DNA from: Candidatus Poribacteria bacterium | Lineage (GTDB): Bacteria > Poribacteria > WGA-4E > PCPOR2b | Direction: 5' to 3' | DNA: 64,000 nucleotides | Assembly (NCBI GenBank): GCA_965215015.1 | Contig: OZ244042.1 | Coordinates: 5,280,001-5,344,000, forward strand | Shown here: piece after piece, positions 39,509 through 49,917 of the stretch | How the letters are laid out: the number at the start of each line of letters is the position of its first letter | Numbering within the stretch: the stretch's first letter is position 1 | The notes under the pieces: generated by a model | What the model was told of the DNA's origin: nothing | Seen by the model: the letters and a program-made list of their open reading frames with translations, nothing else | The model's database searches: none | Program-made: the position numbers and the translations under genes

Positions 39509-39750
39509 GCGTTTGCCTCCAAATGTAAGGCGTGGATCATGTTAAAAGAAAGTGCAAATTATTAAAGCATCCGCGAATTAACGCAAATCTTTGTAAAAAA
39601 AAGAAAGATTAAAGACGGACAACTACAAGGGTTACGCCTACAGTCCGCCCAAAACTCGAAATGTTCGGGGAGGAAACCTCGCCCCTACGAGTTGAAGTGC
39701 GTCGTTTTTATTGAGAGTAGTCATCCGTTGTCCTTACTTTGTTAAATACA

Positions 39751-41931
39751 TCATATTGTCACATAAATGGGGCTTGCCCATGCCTTTGCCCCATCTGTTT
39801 GTAACACTCGGACCCAATACGGATGGCAGCCGATGGGCAACGCTGCTTCTCGAAACGTAAACGCTACTTCTCTGCCAATGCCGAGCGGCAACCGTTCAAA
39901 CACAACCTTCATATCAATCCCACCGGCCTCAACGATAATAGGCGAATCGCCAATCTCCTGAAGCGGGACACGCTGATTCAGCACCGGCGTCTTAAAATCG
40001 AGGGTTGCCTCAGAGGGGGTGTCAAGCCTTAGGATTACGCCGTCAGCGTCTCCGGTTGTCACAGATTTCCAAGACACCGTTCGATCCGTTACCCCCTCGA
40101 TACCTTCAGCCGGGGAATCGAAGGCGTAACCTTTCGCCCCCAGAATCCGCCCCCTATCTATCTCAAGGCTTCCGTCCCATCGCACCAGCCGGTTTCGTGC
40201 CCGGATGCGCTGCCCTGACCACGCAACTCGAATCTGATCTCCTGCCCGCTCGGTTGTTACGGGGACAGTGTGAATGCGCTCCAAGCCTCTGAAGATGTCT
40301 ATCCGCTCGATGGGGGCGGTGCCAACTACGTTCACAGAGATTTCCGGCGGTTGGCTCCCCTGATACGCCCCTCCCATCGGTGTGCCATCTGCGGTCACAT
40401 CAAGCAGGATACGCTGACCGGTCGTTCCGTAACATCGACGGGCTTTCAGGGCTTCCCACAGTCCCTCCCGCGTCAACTCCGCTGCATAGATGCAGGTCAA
40501 TCCACCGTACACACCGAACGAACCGCTGCCCGGAGGCGCAGCACCGGGGCGTCCCTTGTGGTCATCACTACCGGCGGTGAAACCGATTCGATAGCCTTTC
40601 TCCAATGCTTCCCGCAGAAACCACTCGAACTCTCCCCACTCGGAATAGACCTCAATGAGCGGTTCCAGTTCCGGGTCGTGCCAATTGAGGTTGGCGTAGC
40701 GTCCTCCGACATGGGGCAGCAGCAGGACATCTCCGTTCCGGGAGTCTTTGACCTGCCCTCGCAGTGTGGTGTAGAGTTCTGTGACATGTCTGCAGTCGGT
40801 ATCGATATCCGATTTGTCAGGGATTAGCACATGGCTGGAGCGGTGCAGGGGCCCATCGTCCCCCGGATAGTATACGTTGTGGTCGCCTCCTAGCGGTGTG
40901 TTCGCTGACCACTCATACCCGACAAAGGTGACAAAGCGACCGGGGTCGTATTGGGTATTCGCCTGTGCCTTAATCTCCCCCCAGATTGCCTCGGTGATTT
41001 GGAAGTCGTTTCCCTGATGTCCGGCGAAGTCAATTAGTGCTGCCTCCCGTGCAAACCGAAAATAGGAGGAGACCGGATTGGTGCCAACGGTTTCTTCGCT
41101 CTGTCCGTGGAGATCGCCCCAGAAGGGTTGATGTATGTCTCGACTTTCCACACAGCGGAGTGGATTTCCTTTCGCCGCCAAGCTGTTTTCTGTGTCTGTT
41201 GCTCCCACCCGATAAATTCCTGTCGTGGATGCTCTTACACCTTCAAAACGGCGCACACCGTGGTCTGTGGGTTGAAACTGATATGTCTCCGGCAAGCCCG
41301 TCAATCCCTCAGCGTTGATTTGGACTGTCCCCATATATCCGGTGCTCGGATTGCCCCAGAGATCTTCTACCTTAACCCCGATCCATGTTTCCGCATCGGG
41401 TGTGGTTTCCGACGGGCCTAATACCACCAACCGATGGGGGGAACCGCTGATAATTGGGATCTTTGGAGACAGCACCTCTGTGTAAACCCACGTTCCGCAC
41501 CAATCGACAGCAACGCGAAATTCAAACGCCGCTTTGCAAAAGGTCTGCGCTCGACTCCCCGGACTGCCCCCTGAGGTATCTCCGAGTGTTAAGGTGATGC
41601 TATCCCCCTCGGAGAGGGAATCGTCGAATACATCAACAGTCACGCAAAGTCTCCAAGGGCGGATATAACGTTGCTTTTCAAACTTCGCTCGCAGCGATGC
41701 TGTACCTGTCGTAGAGACGGAGGCATATTCGGGGGCGGACGGATTTTCAAATTGGGGGGCCGCCCAATCGCTGACATCGCGCCAAGCAAATTTAATAACC
41801 CCACCGTCATCGACGCCGTATTGACCGACATGGTAGGTGATGCGCCATGTGCCGACCGATCCCGCCACGATAGGAGCGTCCGGATCAATCTCTGCCCAAC
41901 CGTATAACGCACGAATTTCTGATTCCGTCAT
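39751..41931 (-). CDS. DUF3604 domain (PHP-like metallohydrolase) protein
   Basis: FWGDLHGQS, GYEWS, GDHNV, PHVGG, GSDDHKGRPG, ARRCYGTTG and AWASPI. Confidence 0.85.
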   Translation of the reverse strand: MTESEIRALYGWAEIDPDAPIVAGSVGTWRITYHVGQYGVDDGGVIKFAWRDVSDWAAPQFENPSAPEYASVSTTGTASLRAKFEKQRYIRPWRLCVTVDVFDDSLSEGDSITLTLGDTSGGSPGSRAQTFCKAAFEFRVAVDWCGTWVYTEVLSPKIPIISGSPHRLVVLGPSETTPDAETWIGVKVEDLWGNPSTGYMGTVQINAEGLTGLPETYQFQPTDHGVRRFEGVRASTTGIYRVGATDTENSLAAKGNPLRCVESRDIHQPFWGDLHGQSEETVGTNPVSSYFRFAREAALIDFAGHQGNDFQITEAIWGEIKAQANTQYDPGRFVTFVGYEWSANTPLGGDHNVYYPGDDGPLHRSSHVLIPDKSDIDTDCRHVTELYTTLRGQVKDSRNGDVLLLPHVGGRYANLNWHDPELEPLIEVYSEWGEFEWFLREALEKGYRIGFTAGSDDHKGRPGAAPPGSGSFGVYGGLTCIYAAELTREGLWEALKARRCYGTTGQRILLDVTADGTPMGGAYQGSQPPEISVNVVGTAPIERIDIFRGLERIHTVPVTTERAGDQIRVAWSGQRIRARNRLVRWDGSLEIDRGRILGAKGYAFDSPAEGIEGVTDRTVSWKSVTTGDADGVILRLDTPSEATLDFKTPVLNQRVPLQEIGDSPIIVEAGGIDMKVVFERLPLGIGREVAFTFREAALPIGCHPYWVRVLQTDGAKAWASPIYVTI

Positions 41932-42028
41932 AGATTATTTCTCCACGAAATGCCAGCACAGGCGCGCTACCGATCCTGGTGGATTGGGCCGAGAACTATG
42001 GCGCAACGTTGTTGGTATTTTCGAGACT

Positions 42029-42994
42029 TTAGTACCACGCCGCTTTGTTGACCACGTTGCGTAACGGTTCACCGGCAGCAAACCGACGGACGTTTTCGAG
42101 GATGATTTCAAATCGGCGTTCAGGGATATTCTCGGCATCCTTCACGGCGATGTGGGGTGTGAGCAGAACGTTGGGTAGATTCCATAAACGGTGATCCGCC
42201 GGCAGCGGTTCTATCTCGAATACGTCAAGCCCACACCCAGCAATTTCGCCTCGCTCAACAGCGTCTGCGAGGTCGTTGATTTTCATCGTTTTGCCGCGAC
42301 CGATGTTGATAAAGTAGGCGGTGTCCCTCATCAGGCGGAAACGTTGAGCATTCCATATCCCCTCAGTTTCGGGTGTGTGCGGCGTTGTCGCTATTATGAA
42401 ATCGGCGCGTGGCAGCAGGGCATCCAAATCCGTCGGTGGGTGCATCTCGACGTATGGGAGGTCATATTCGGGTCTCGGCTCTACACCGATTACTGTCATG
42501 CCAAATTCTGCACATAGTCTCGCTGTCTCATGACCGATGCCTCCCACACCGAAGATTAGGGCGGTGGATTCAGCGAGATCGACATACCCATTTTTACGGG
42601 CGTCCGGGTCCCATCTTCGCTCCCGTTGTGCCTCGACGTAGTAAGGCAATCCCCGGGAGAGCGCGAGCAAGAACATCATAATATGGTGGCTGATGTGATC
42701 ATAGTAGATACCGCGTGGGTTACAGATCACCACGGGGTGCTCAATCAGTTCCTTATAATAGTAGCCCGGGAAGGGGCCTGCATCTGGATTTTGCAGCCAC
42801 CGCAATTTTGTCGCGCCCTTCAGCGCATCGGGCGGCACCCAACCGAATGCCGCATCAGCATCGGCGATTTCACGGCGTGCTTCTTCGTCTGTTTTGGGGA
42901 GCTCGACCCGATACTCCGGGAGGTTTGCCTCCAGACGCGGGGCAAACTCGCGCTTGAGGTCGTCTAACGGTGGCATCATTACAAATTTAATCAT
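42029..42994 (-). CDS. D-2-hydroxyacid dehydrogenase
   Basis: GVGGIG, PHTPET, INIGRG, LDVFEIEPLP and TPHIA. Confidence 0.92.
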   Translation of the reverse strand: MIKFVMMPPLDDLKREFAPRLEANLPEYRVELPKTDEEARREIADADAAFGWVPPDALKGATKLRWLQNPDAGPFPGYYYKELIEHPVVICNPRGIYYDHISHHIMMFLLALSRGLPYYVEAQRERRWDPDARKNGYVDLAESTALIFGVGGIGHETARLCAEFGMTVIGVEPRPEYDLPYVEMHPPTDLDALLPRADFIIATTPHTPETEGIWNAQRFRLMRDTAYFINIGRGKTMKINDLADAVERGEIAGCGLDVFEIEPLPADHRLWNLPNVLLTPHIAVKDAENIPERRFEIILENVRRFAAGEPLRNVVNKAAWY

Positions 42995-43040
42995 GGTGTG
43001 TTCCTCTATAATTGCTAGGATATATGTAAAATACCTTTAA

Positions 43041-43330
43041 GACCCCCCTCGGTCCCCCCGCAAGCGGGGGGATGGGTGCAGGCGTGGTTCATTCACAGTC
43101 CCTGCCGTAAGAACCCCCCTCGGTCCCCCCGCAAGCGGGGGGATGGGTGCAAGTGGGGTTCATTCACAGTCTCTACTACACTTTCATTGCCATAAGACCC
43201 CCCCTCGGTTCCCCCGCAAGCGGGGGGAGGGTGCAAGTGGGGTTCATTCAGACCCCCCCTCAGTCCCCCCCGCAAGCAGGGGGGATGGGTGCAGGCGGAG
43301 GGGAAACCGTGTGGGTATTCGGGATTAGGG
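43041..43330. repeat. Four copies of a CCCCCTC(G/A)GTCCCCCCGCAAGC(G/A)GGGGG hairpin unit with variable linkers
   Basis: Copies near 43043, 43114, 43198 and 43253, each followed by GGGTGCA. Confidence 0.9.
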
Positions 43331-43456
43331 GGAGGTGCCTGCCTACAGCACAGACAATCCCCAGGCCACAGGGGAACCACAAGGGTTCCCCCTACACAAG
43401 CCCCAATCGTTTCAGAGGCCTTAGGATTGGTTCAATTTGTCGAATATCAACAGGGT

Positions 43457-45097
43457 TTAGCCGAAGCGGGATCGGCGAGCCTCCATATTGGTGTGCACAT
43501 CGAGCAGTACCGTGCGACCGTCCGCGTTCAGTTGCTGCGCCTGCTCAAGTGCGGGAACCATTTCACTCGGTTTAACCACGGTGATGCCGACTGCCCCCAT
43601 GCCTTCAGCAATCTTGGCGTAATCGCCTGTCATTTCCGTTGTGCCAAATTGGTCGCGGGCCGTCGGATAGCCGCCTGGGTAGGTTGCCATTCCACCGTTA
43701 TTGAGGACAACGGTAGTGATGGGCGCATCAGCGCGAACAGAGGTTTCGATGTCTAAGCCGGACATACCAAAAGCGCCATCGCCCATGAAGTTCAAGCAGA
43801 ACTTATCGGGCTTTGCGATCTTCGCCCCAATCATCACCGGTATTCCGAAACCGAGGTGGGTGGTTTTGCCCCAACCGATGTAGCTGTGCGGCACCGTTCC
43901 GGGGTAGAAGGGCATGATTGAATCGCGCGGGGCACCGGCATCGTGGGTAACGATGCTGTTCTCCAAATCCATTGCCTTGACCATATCCCCAATCACACGG
44001 TATGTGTTAATGGGCTCTTCGTCGGAGGTGAGCAGGGAGTCCCACTCTGCCAGCCACGTTTTTTTGAGTTTGGCAATATCTGTGGCGACGTGCGTTTTGC
44101 CTTTTCTCCCGTTTTCGCCGAGTTGGGCTTTGGCTTCCTCAATCATAGCCTGCAACGTCAGCTTAGCATCACCGGGCAGTCCGATGTCAACGGAGAAGTC
44201 TTTGTTGATATCCTCAATACTTTCGGCGTTGTGGATGATGACCTTACCCTCCGGGATGGGTTGACCGTAATGGGTGCGGGTCATACTTGAGCCGATGGCG
44301 AATAGCACGTCCGATTCCTGTAACCACGTCCGTGCAGGGAGGGTGGTCGCGCCGCTCCCGGAGCCAACGGAGAGGGGATGACGCTCGTCGAAGGAGGATT
44401 TACCGGGCATCGTGCAGTACACCGGTATCTCGGTCAACTCAGCAAATTCTGTGAGTGCCTCGGTTGCCCCGGAGAGCAGCACCCCCATACCGGACCAGAT
44501 GACCGGTTTCTTCGCGTTTAGCAGTTCCTTAACGGCGTCTTTGATATCGCCGGGAGCTGGGATTTGAAGTGCTCGTTTCGGTGGCTTGTAGTTGAGCCCA
44601 TCGTCTGGGACTTCTTGCAGCCCAATGTCGCCCGGTGTCTCAACGATTACGGGCCCGGGGCGTCCATTCCGAAGCTGGTGGAAAGCCCGCCGCATGACGC
44701 TAGCAACTTGACTCGGTTTTGTAATGACTTCGCCATACTTTGATACTGTCTGATATGTGCGAACCGGTGAGAAGGAGGGACGGACCGCATACTCGTCAAT
44801 TGCGGGGCCGCCCGGCAGGTACAGAATTGGAACGTTGTCCGCAAAAGCCTGTGCGATACCGCCCATAGAGTTTTCCGCGCCGGGGCCGCCTTGTGTGATG
44901 ATGACGCCGAATTTATTACGGTTGTTGACACGGCTGTATCCATCAGCTGCCATAACGGCACCGCGTTCGTGCCGAAACATGACGGTCCGAATGCCTTCTT
45001 GAGCAGTCGCTTCGATGAGTTGATTGGAGGGGAAACAGGATATCCACTCAACGCCTTCGATTTTCAAGATTCGCGCTACGGCTTGTGTTGTGTCCAT
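43457..45097 (-). CDS. Thiamine-pyrophosphate-requiring enzyme (acetolactate synthase-like)
   Basis: RHERGAVMAADGY, GPGAEN, GRPGPV and the TPP motif GDGAFGM...NNG. Confidence 0.92.
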   Translation of the reverse strand: MDTTQAVARILKIEGVEWISCFPSNQLIEATAQEGIRTVMFRHERGAVMAADGYSRVNNRNKFGVIITQGGPGAENSMGGIAQAFADNVPILYLPGGPAIDEYAVRPSFSPVRTYQTVSKYGEVITKPSQVASVMRRAFHQLRNGRPGPVIVETPGDIGLQEVPDDGLNYKPPKRALQIPAPGDIKDAVKELLNAKKPVIWSGMGVLLSGATEALTEFAELTEIPVYCTMPGKSSFDERHPLSVGSGSGATTLPARTWLQESDVLFAIGSSMTRTHYGQPIPEGKVIIHNAESIEDINKDFSVDIGLPGDAKLTLQAMIEEAKAQLGENGRKGKTHVATDIAKLKKTWLAEWDSLLTSDEEPINTYRVIGDMVKAMDLENSIVTHDAGAPRDSIMPFYPGTVPHSYIGWGKTTHLGFGIPVMIGAKIAKPDKFCLNFMGDGAFGMSGLDIETSVRADAPITTVVLNNGGMATYPGGYPTARDQFGTTEMTGDYAKIAEGMGAVGITVVKPSEMVPALEQAQQLNADGRTVLLDVHTNMEARRSRFG

Positions 45098-45272
45098 CTA
45101 TAGGATTCTCCTTTGGTTGTTGGTTCATTGGTTTACGAGTTCATAGGTTCATTACACTCACTGGGTATTTCGTCGAGATATGAATCGTGATCTACAGGAA
45201 TAGGGGGTAGCTTGGGTTATTATAACGGATTCGCTATAGTTTCGCAAGCATTATGATTTCCGTTACGCATGC

Positions 45273-45301
45273 TTGACAACCCACGAGAAACTGGATAAAA
45301 T
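45273..45301 (+). promoter_or_regulatory. Sigma70 promoter upstream of the ECF sigma gene
   Basis: TTGACA-17 bp-TAAAAT. Confidence 0.65.
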
Positions 45302-45383
45302 AGACTTTGTATGCAGTTGTTCGGTTATGTATACAATCTGGTAATAGGTAACTACTGACTTTCCTGTATTTTCCCAAGGAATA

Positions 45384-46052
45384 ATGCGTAATATTAGCAA
45401 TTTCTTTCTTACGCATTATTGCGTATTATTCTTTTGCGTCCCAACCTCTATATGGCTGAGAAAATTGAACGACCAACACGTCTCTAGCGAAGCGCGATCC
45501 CATGACCTCAGTGACCATGCGCTTGTCCGCCGGTGTCAAGACGGTGACAAGCAAGCCATGGAAACCCTTATGCGCCAGTATCAGCAGTGGGTGTATAATG
45601 TCGCTTACGGGATACTCGCGAATCCTGAGGATGCCAGCGATGTGGCGCAGGATGTTTTTCTGTGGCTTTGGGAAAATATTGGACAGTTTCGATTCAAATC
45701 TCAGTTTTCGACGTGGCTCTACCGGATTGTTACTAACAGGTGTCTCAATTTGAAAGATCAGCGGCAGAGGCGTAAGACCGATCCGATGGAGATTGATGAC
45801 TCGCAGCCGTGGGTGCCGCTCGACACGACCACCCCGGAAAGTACGGTCTTGTTGGCGGAACAACGGGAGCTTTTGCAAAAGGCACTTGCTGCCCTCAAAG
45901 ATGATTACCGAAAGATACTGATTCTTCGCGAAATGCAGGATTTGTCCTATGAGGAGTTGGCAGAGGTGCTCGGTTGCTCTGTCGGGCGTGTTAGATCACG
46001 GTTGCATGAAGCGCGTCAGGCGTTGCGAAAGGCGATACAACGGCTTGAGTGA
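45384..46052 (+). CDS. ECF (sigma-70 group 4) sigma factor; true start probably downstream
   Basis: DASDVAQDVF, FSTWLYRI..N and LSYEELAEVLGCSVGRVRSRLHEAR. Confidence 0.92.
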   Translation: MRNISNFFLTHYCVLFFCVPTSIWLRKLNDQHVSSEARSHDLSDHALVRRCQDGDKQAMETLMRQYQQWVYNVAYGILANPEDASDVAQDVFLWLWENIGQFRFKSQFSTWLYRIVTNRCLNLKDQRQRRKTDPMEIDDSQPWVPLDTTTPESTVLLAEQRELLQKALAALKDDYRKILILREMQDLSYEELAEVLGCSVGRVRSRLHEARQALRKAIQRLE

Positions 46053-46315
46053 TGTGTAAGCGTGAAACGTGAGAAGAAACCGTTCGCCGCGCTGGGGCTG
46101 TGTTGGTTCATTGGACCGATGCTTCATCAAGGATTCAGGGATTTAACCGGATAGAAGTTGTGAAGTGCTGTTATAGATTTATTATTTCGACGAGGCTTTG
46201 CAGGTGGTGCTAGGAGCCCAACCTGCAAATTATGGAGAAGGTTGGGGCGGGCGAGGAAGCCCGACCTACCAGCTGGCGAAATATGCCGTTACATCAACCT
46301 GAAAGGATTTCTGTC

Positions 46316-47071
46316 ATGTCATTTCCACTTGCCTACAGTGCCCTCCGTTGGGAAACACCTAATTTGGAACAGACGTTGGTACAGCTCCGAGAGGCTGGCT
46401 GGGACGGTTGGGAAGCCCGTCAGTCGCTCGATTGGCTCGGTTCTGCGCGTCGCGTTACTCAGATTTGCGACGCCGTTGGTATACGGGTCGCTGCGATTTG
46501 TGGTCCGAATGTTACGCTCGACGTGGCGCATCCAACCCATGAAATTAACAAGCGGCGGATTGAGTTCGCCTCGGACCTTGAGGTGCCTACCTTTATGACC
46601 AAGGGACCGGGACGGCTCGACAGCGAGACTACAGACCTCGATCTAGATCGGATGGCGGCTGTCTATGAGGATCTCGCTGCTTATGGCGAACCGCTCGGTG
46701 TTACTGTTACCTTCCACCCACATACGGGCCATCTGGTGGACAGTGCCGATGAGTGGAAGCGATTTATGATGCGTCTCGAGCGGTGCCGTCTCTGTCTCGA
46801 TATGTCTCATGCTGTTCACTGGGGCTATGACCCCATTGCGGCGGTTTACGACTATCGGAATCGTATCTCCTATGTCCATCTCCACGACTATAAGGATGGT
46901 GGCAACGTCGAGCTCGGTGAAGGGCTCATGTGCGACTATCCCGCTTTTCTGAGGGCACTGGAAGATGTTGGCTACAACGATTGGATAACCGCCTGCCCGG
47001 GAGCGACGGAGCGTACTGACGAAGCGAAGATGCGAATTAATCGTGCTTACCTGAAAAGCATAGGCTATTGA
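46316..47071 (+). CDS. Sugar phosphate isomerase/epimerase (IolE-like)
   Basis: GWDGWE, FHPHTGH, CLDMSH, HLHD and ELGEG. Confidence 0.85.
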   Translation: MSFPLAYSALRWETPNLEQTLVQLREAGWDGWEARQSLDWLGSARRVTQICDAVGIRVAAICGPNVTLDVAHPTHEINKRRIEFASDLEVPTFMTKGPGRLDSETTDLDLDRMAAVYEDLAAYGEPLGVTVTFHPHTGHLVDSADEWKRFMMRLERCRLCLDMSHAVHWGYDPIAAVYDYRNRISYVHLHDYKDGGNVELGEGLMCDYPAFLRALEDVGYNDWITACPGATERTDEAKMRINRAYLKSIGY

Positions 47072-47220
47072 TGTTGGTTCGTTGATGTGATTGGAGTCGT
47101 ACGATTCGACGTGCAGTGATTGGCGCAATGGTTACGGCATACGGCGTATGCCTACAACTTTTACTGGATTAGTTCACCTGTCTCTATTTCTCTTTTGACA
47201 TAAGGAAGGAACGAAGTCAC

Positions 47221-49692
47221 GTGCCCCGACCGGCTCTCCGCACCCTCGTTCCCTATGCGCTCGGCGTTTTTATTGGGGGGTTCTTGCCAATTCCACTCTT
47301 TTGGATTTGGTTGATTGGACTCACCTGCCTCATCGGCGGCGTTGGGTTATTCTATCTGCGGAAAGCGGAGGCTCATACAGCGAGAATAGGTTGGGTGCTC
47401 CTATTGGGGGCACTCTGTGCTTGTGGCATGTTCCGTCTGAAGGTTGTGCTGACTTCACCCATCCCTCTAGATTTCTATGATCAGCGGGTACATTTTTCCG
47501 GGGCAATGGCGTATCAGCCGGAGCGGGGAGAGCAGTGGGAGGCAGGGTATGCGCGTGGGACTATCCGCCCGGTCGGAAATTCAGATTTAGCGGTGAAGGC
47601 TAAACTCCTGATCCGATTCCGCGAACCGATCCCTTTGCGCTATGGTGATCGGATTGAAGTTGGAGGGGTGTTGCGGCGTCCAAATGGGCAACGCAATCCG
47701 GGGGGCTTCGATTACCGTTTCTATCTCGCCCGTCGGCAGGTGTTCGGGATTCTGCAGCTGCATCGAGGTCAGGAGATTGTCCCGACGGGTCGATCCGGTT
47801 TTCCGCTATTACACTGGACGGAAGGGTTGCGCCGGCGGGTGGAGGCCGTTATTGATGCGGCGTATCGCGAACATCGGATTCACTCTCAAGTGCTCAAGGG
47901 GATGTTCCTTGGACAGCGAAGCGGATTATCACCCGATATTCTTGACGCATTCCGCAATAGTGGGAGCATACATATTCTTGCGGTGTCGGGGTTGCACGTT
48001 GGACTGATTGCGACTGTCTGCTTTTTCGGTTTTTCGCTTCTGCACCTCCCTCGAAAAACCACTGACCTGCTGACGATTGCTGCTGTGATTCTCTATGCCT
48101 GCCTTGTCGGTTTTCGCCCGTCCGTTTTCCGTGCCTCGCTGATGGCGGTTATCTTTCTAATATCACGGATTATAGAGCGAGATCGGGATCTATTCAATCT
48201 GCTTGCGTTTGCTGCGTTCGTTTTGTTGCTGATCAATCCGGCGCAGCTGTGGGACGTCGGCTTCCAACTCTCTTTCGGCGCGGTGGCAGCTATCCTTTAT
48301 CTGGCCCCTAAGTGGGAGCATTTTATTGGACATATCGTTGGTCTCGGTCGAATTGCCCCAAAGGTAGATTTCGATAGCACGATGCCCTCTCGCGCTGCAT
48401 GGGGCCGAGCGGTGTGGTGGTTGGTGATGGGGTTTGGGGTGACGTTATCCGCACAGGTGGGTACAACTTTAATCATCGCATGGCACTTTCATCGGATTTA
48501 CCCGATGGGTCTCGTTGTAGGACCCTTTACTGTCGGCCTCGCCGCGGTTCTGGTCAACATTACGTTGGTCTCGGTCCTGCTCGGCTTAATCTGGTTGCCA
48601 CTTGCGATGCCGTTTGTTTATGCCAACCACTTTATCCTCCTGATCTTTCTGAGTCTGATCAAATTTTTCGGTCAATCGTGGACAGTGTTGAAGACGCCAA
48701 CGCCAAGTTTCGGTTTTATTATTCTTTACATCGCGGGTTGTCTCGCAGTTGTGCACTGGGTTTGGGTGTGGATACACCGAAAGAAGGCTATGGTGATTGG
48801 GTTGATAGTCCTGTCAATCTGGATCTGGGACACCGCTTGGCGTGAGCGGGGCAGGTTGTTAGATATTACGTTCCTTGATGTTGGGCAGGGGGACGCGGCA
48901 TTTGTCCGGTTTCCTGACGGAAAGACCATGCTGGTCGATGGGGGCCGCAATTCATCGAGGATTGAAGTGACTGAAGAGGGAATCACGATCCGGGTGGGTT
49001 ATGACCATGGGGAGCGGACACTTGACCCGTTTTTATGCCACGAAGGGGTTTTTAGGCTAGACCTGCTCCTTTTAAGCCATCCCGACAATGACCATGGGGG
49101 TGGGTTTGCGCACATTTTGCGCGGGTTTGGTGTCGAGCGGGTGTTGGGAGTGCCCCATCAGGATTTGCACCGTTCAACGCACCGCATCCTACATGAAATT
49201 GTTGATGCGAAGGGTATTCCCCATGAGCTTGGTTATGCTGGATCAATTAACCTGACTCCTACGGCGCGATTGGAGTTGCTGCACCCATTTGACGCAGCCT
49301 CGACAAATCTGCACGATAGGGATGTCAACAACGATTCACTTGTTCTGAAGGTGACTTATGGTGACGTGCGAATTTTGTTCACAGGAGACATCAGACGAAA
49401 GGTGGAATTGAGATTGGTTGAATTGGGAGAAGATTTAGCTGCAGAGATTATTAAGGTGCCCCATCACGGGAGTAAAACCTCGAGCAGCGCGGAATTCCTC
49501 GATGCTGTGCGTCCTCAATACGCGATTTTCTCGGTGGGGCAACGGAATCGATACCGTTTTCCGTCTGAGATGGTCCTCGAACGTTATCGAGAGCGGGGGA
49601 GCCGTATAATGCGGACGGATCAGCTGGGGGCTATCCGGTTGCGAACCGATGGACGGCGGTGTTGGATTACGCATCATGTGGAAGAGCCGTGA
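47221..49692 (+). CDS. comEC: DNA internalization competence protein ComEC/Rec2
   Basis: RNPGGFDY, HILAVSGLHVG, GFQLSF, DVGQGDA, SHPDNDHGGG, NNDSLV and PHHGS. Confidence 0.95.
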   Translation: MPRPALRTLVPYALGVFIGGFLPIPLFWIWLIGLTCLIGGVGLFYLRKAEAHTARIGWVLLLGALCACGMFRLKVVLTSPIPLDFYDQRVHFSGAMAYQPERGEQWEAGYARGTIRPVGNSDLAVKAKLLIRFREPIPLRYGDRIEVGGVLRRPNGQRNPGGFDYRFYLARRQVFGILQLHRGQEIVPTGRSGFPLLHWTEGLRRRVEAVIDAAYREHRIHSQVLKGMFLGQRSGLSPDILDAFRNSGSIHILAVSGLHVGLIATVCFFGFSLLHLPRKTTDLLTIAAVILYACLVGFRPSVFRASLMAVIFLISRIIERDRDLFNLLAFAAFVLLLINPAQLWDVGFQLSFGAVAAILYLAPKWEHFIGHIVGLGRIAPKVDFDSTMPSRAAWGRAVWWLVMGFGVTLSAQVGTTLIIAWHFHRIYPMGLVVGPFTVGLAAVLVNITLVSVLLGLIWLPLAMPFVYANHFILLIFLSLIKFFGQSWTVLKTPTPSFGFIILYIAGCLAVVHWVWVWIHRKKAMVIGLIVLSIWIWDTAWRERGRLLDITFLDVGQGDAAFVRFPDGKTMLVDGGRNSSRIEVTEEGITIRVGYDHGERTLDPFLCHEGVFRLDLLLLSHPDNDHGGGFAHILRGFGVERVLGVPHQDLHRSTHRILHEIVDAKGIPHELGYAGSINLTPTARLELLHPFDAASTNLHDRDVNNDSLVLKVTYGDVRILFTGDIRRKVELRLVELGEDLAAEIIKVPHHGSKTSSSAEFLDAVRPQYAIFSVGQRNRYRFPSEMVLERYRERGSRIMRTDQLGAIRLRTDGRRCWITHHVEEP

Positions 49693-49917
49693 GATAGGGG
49701 TCGCAGAAACCCCTTGCAATGCTGTGGGTTTGTGTGATACTATCGCAGCGTACCCCCCCTAACCCCCCCGCAAGCAGGGGGGAATTTGCAAGCCGAGGGA
49801 GGAGGCAACCTGTAAGGAGGGGAGGGGGTAAGTGTGAGGTAGAAAACTCACCAGGGGAAATCAAAAAACAACGCTCCCGCAAGTAAATGATACGATGACA
49901 ATTGTGGAGGTAACCGT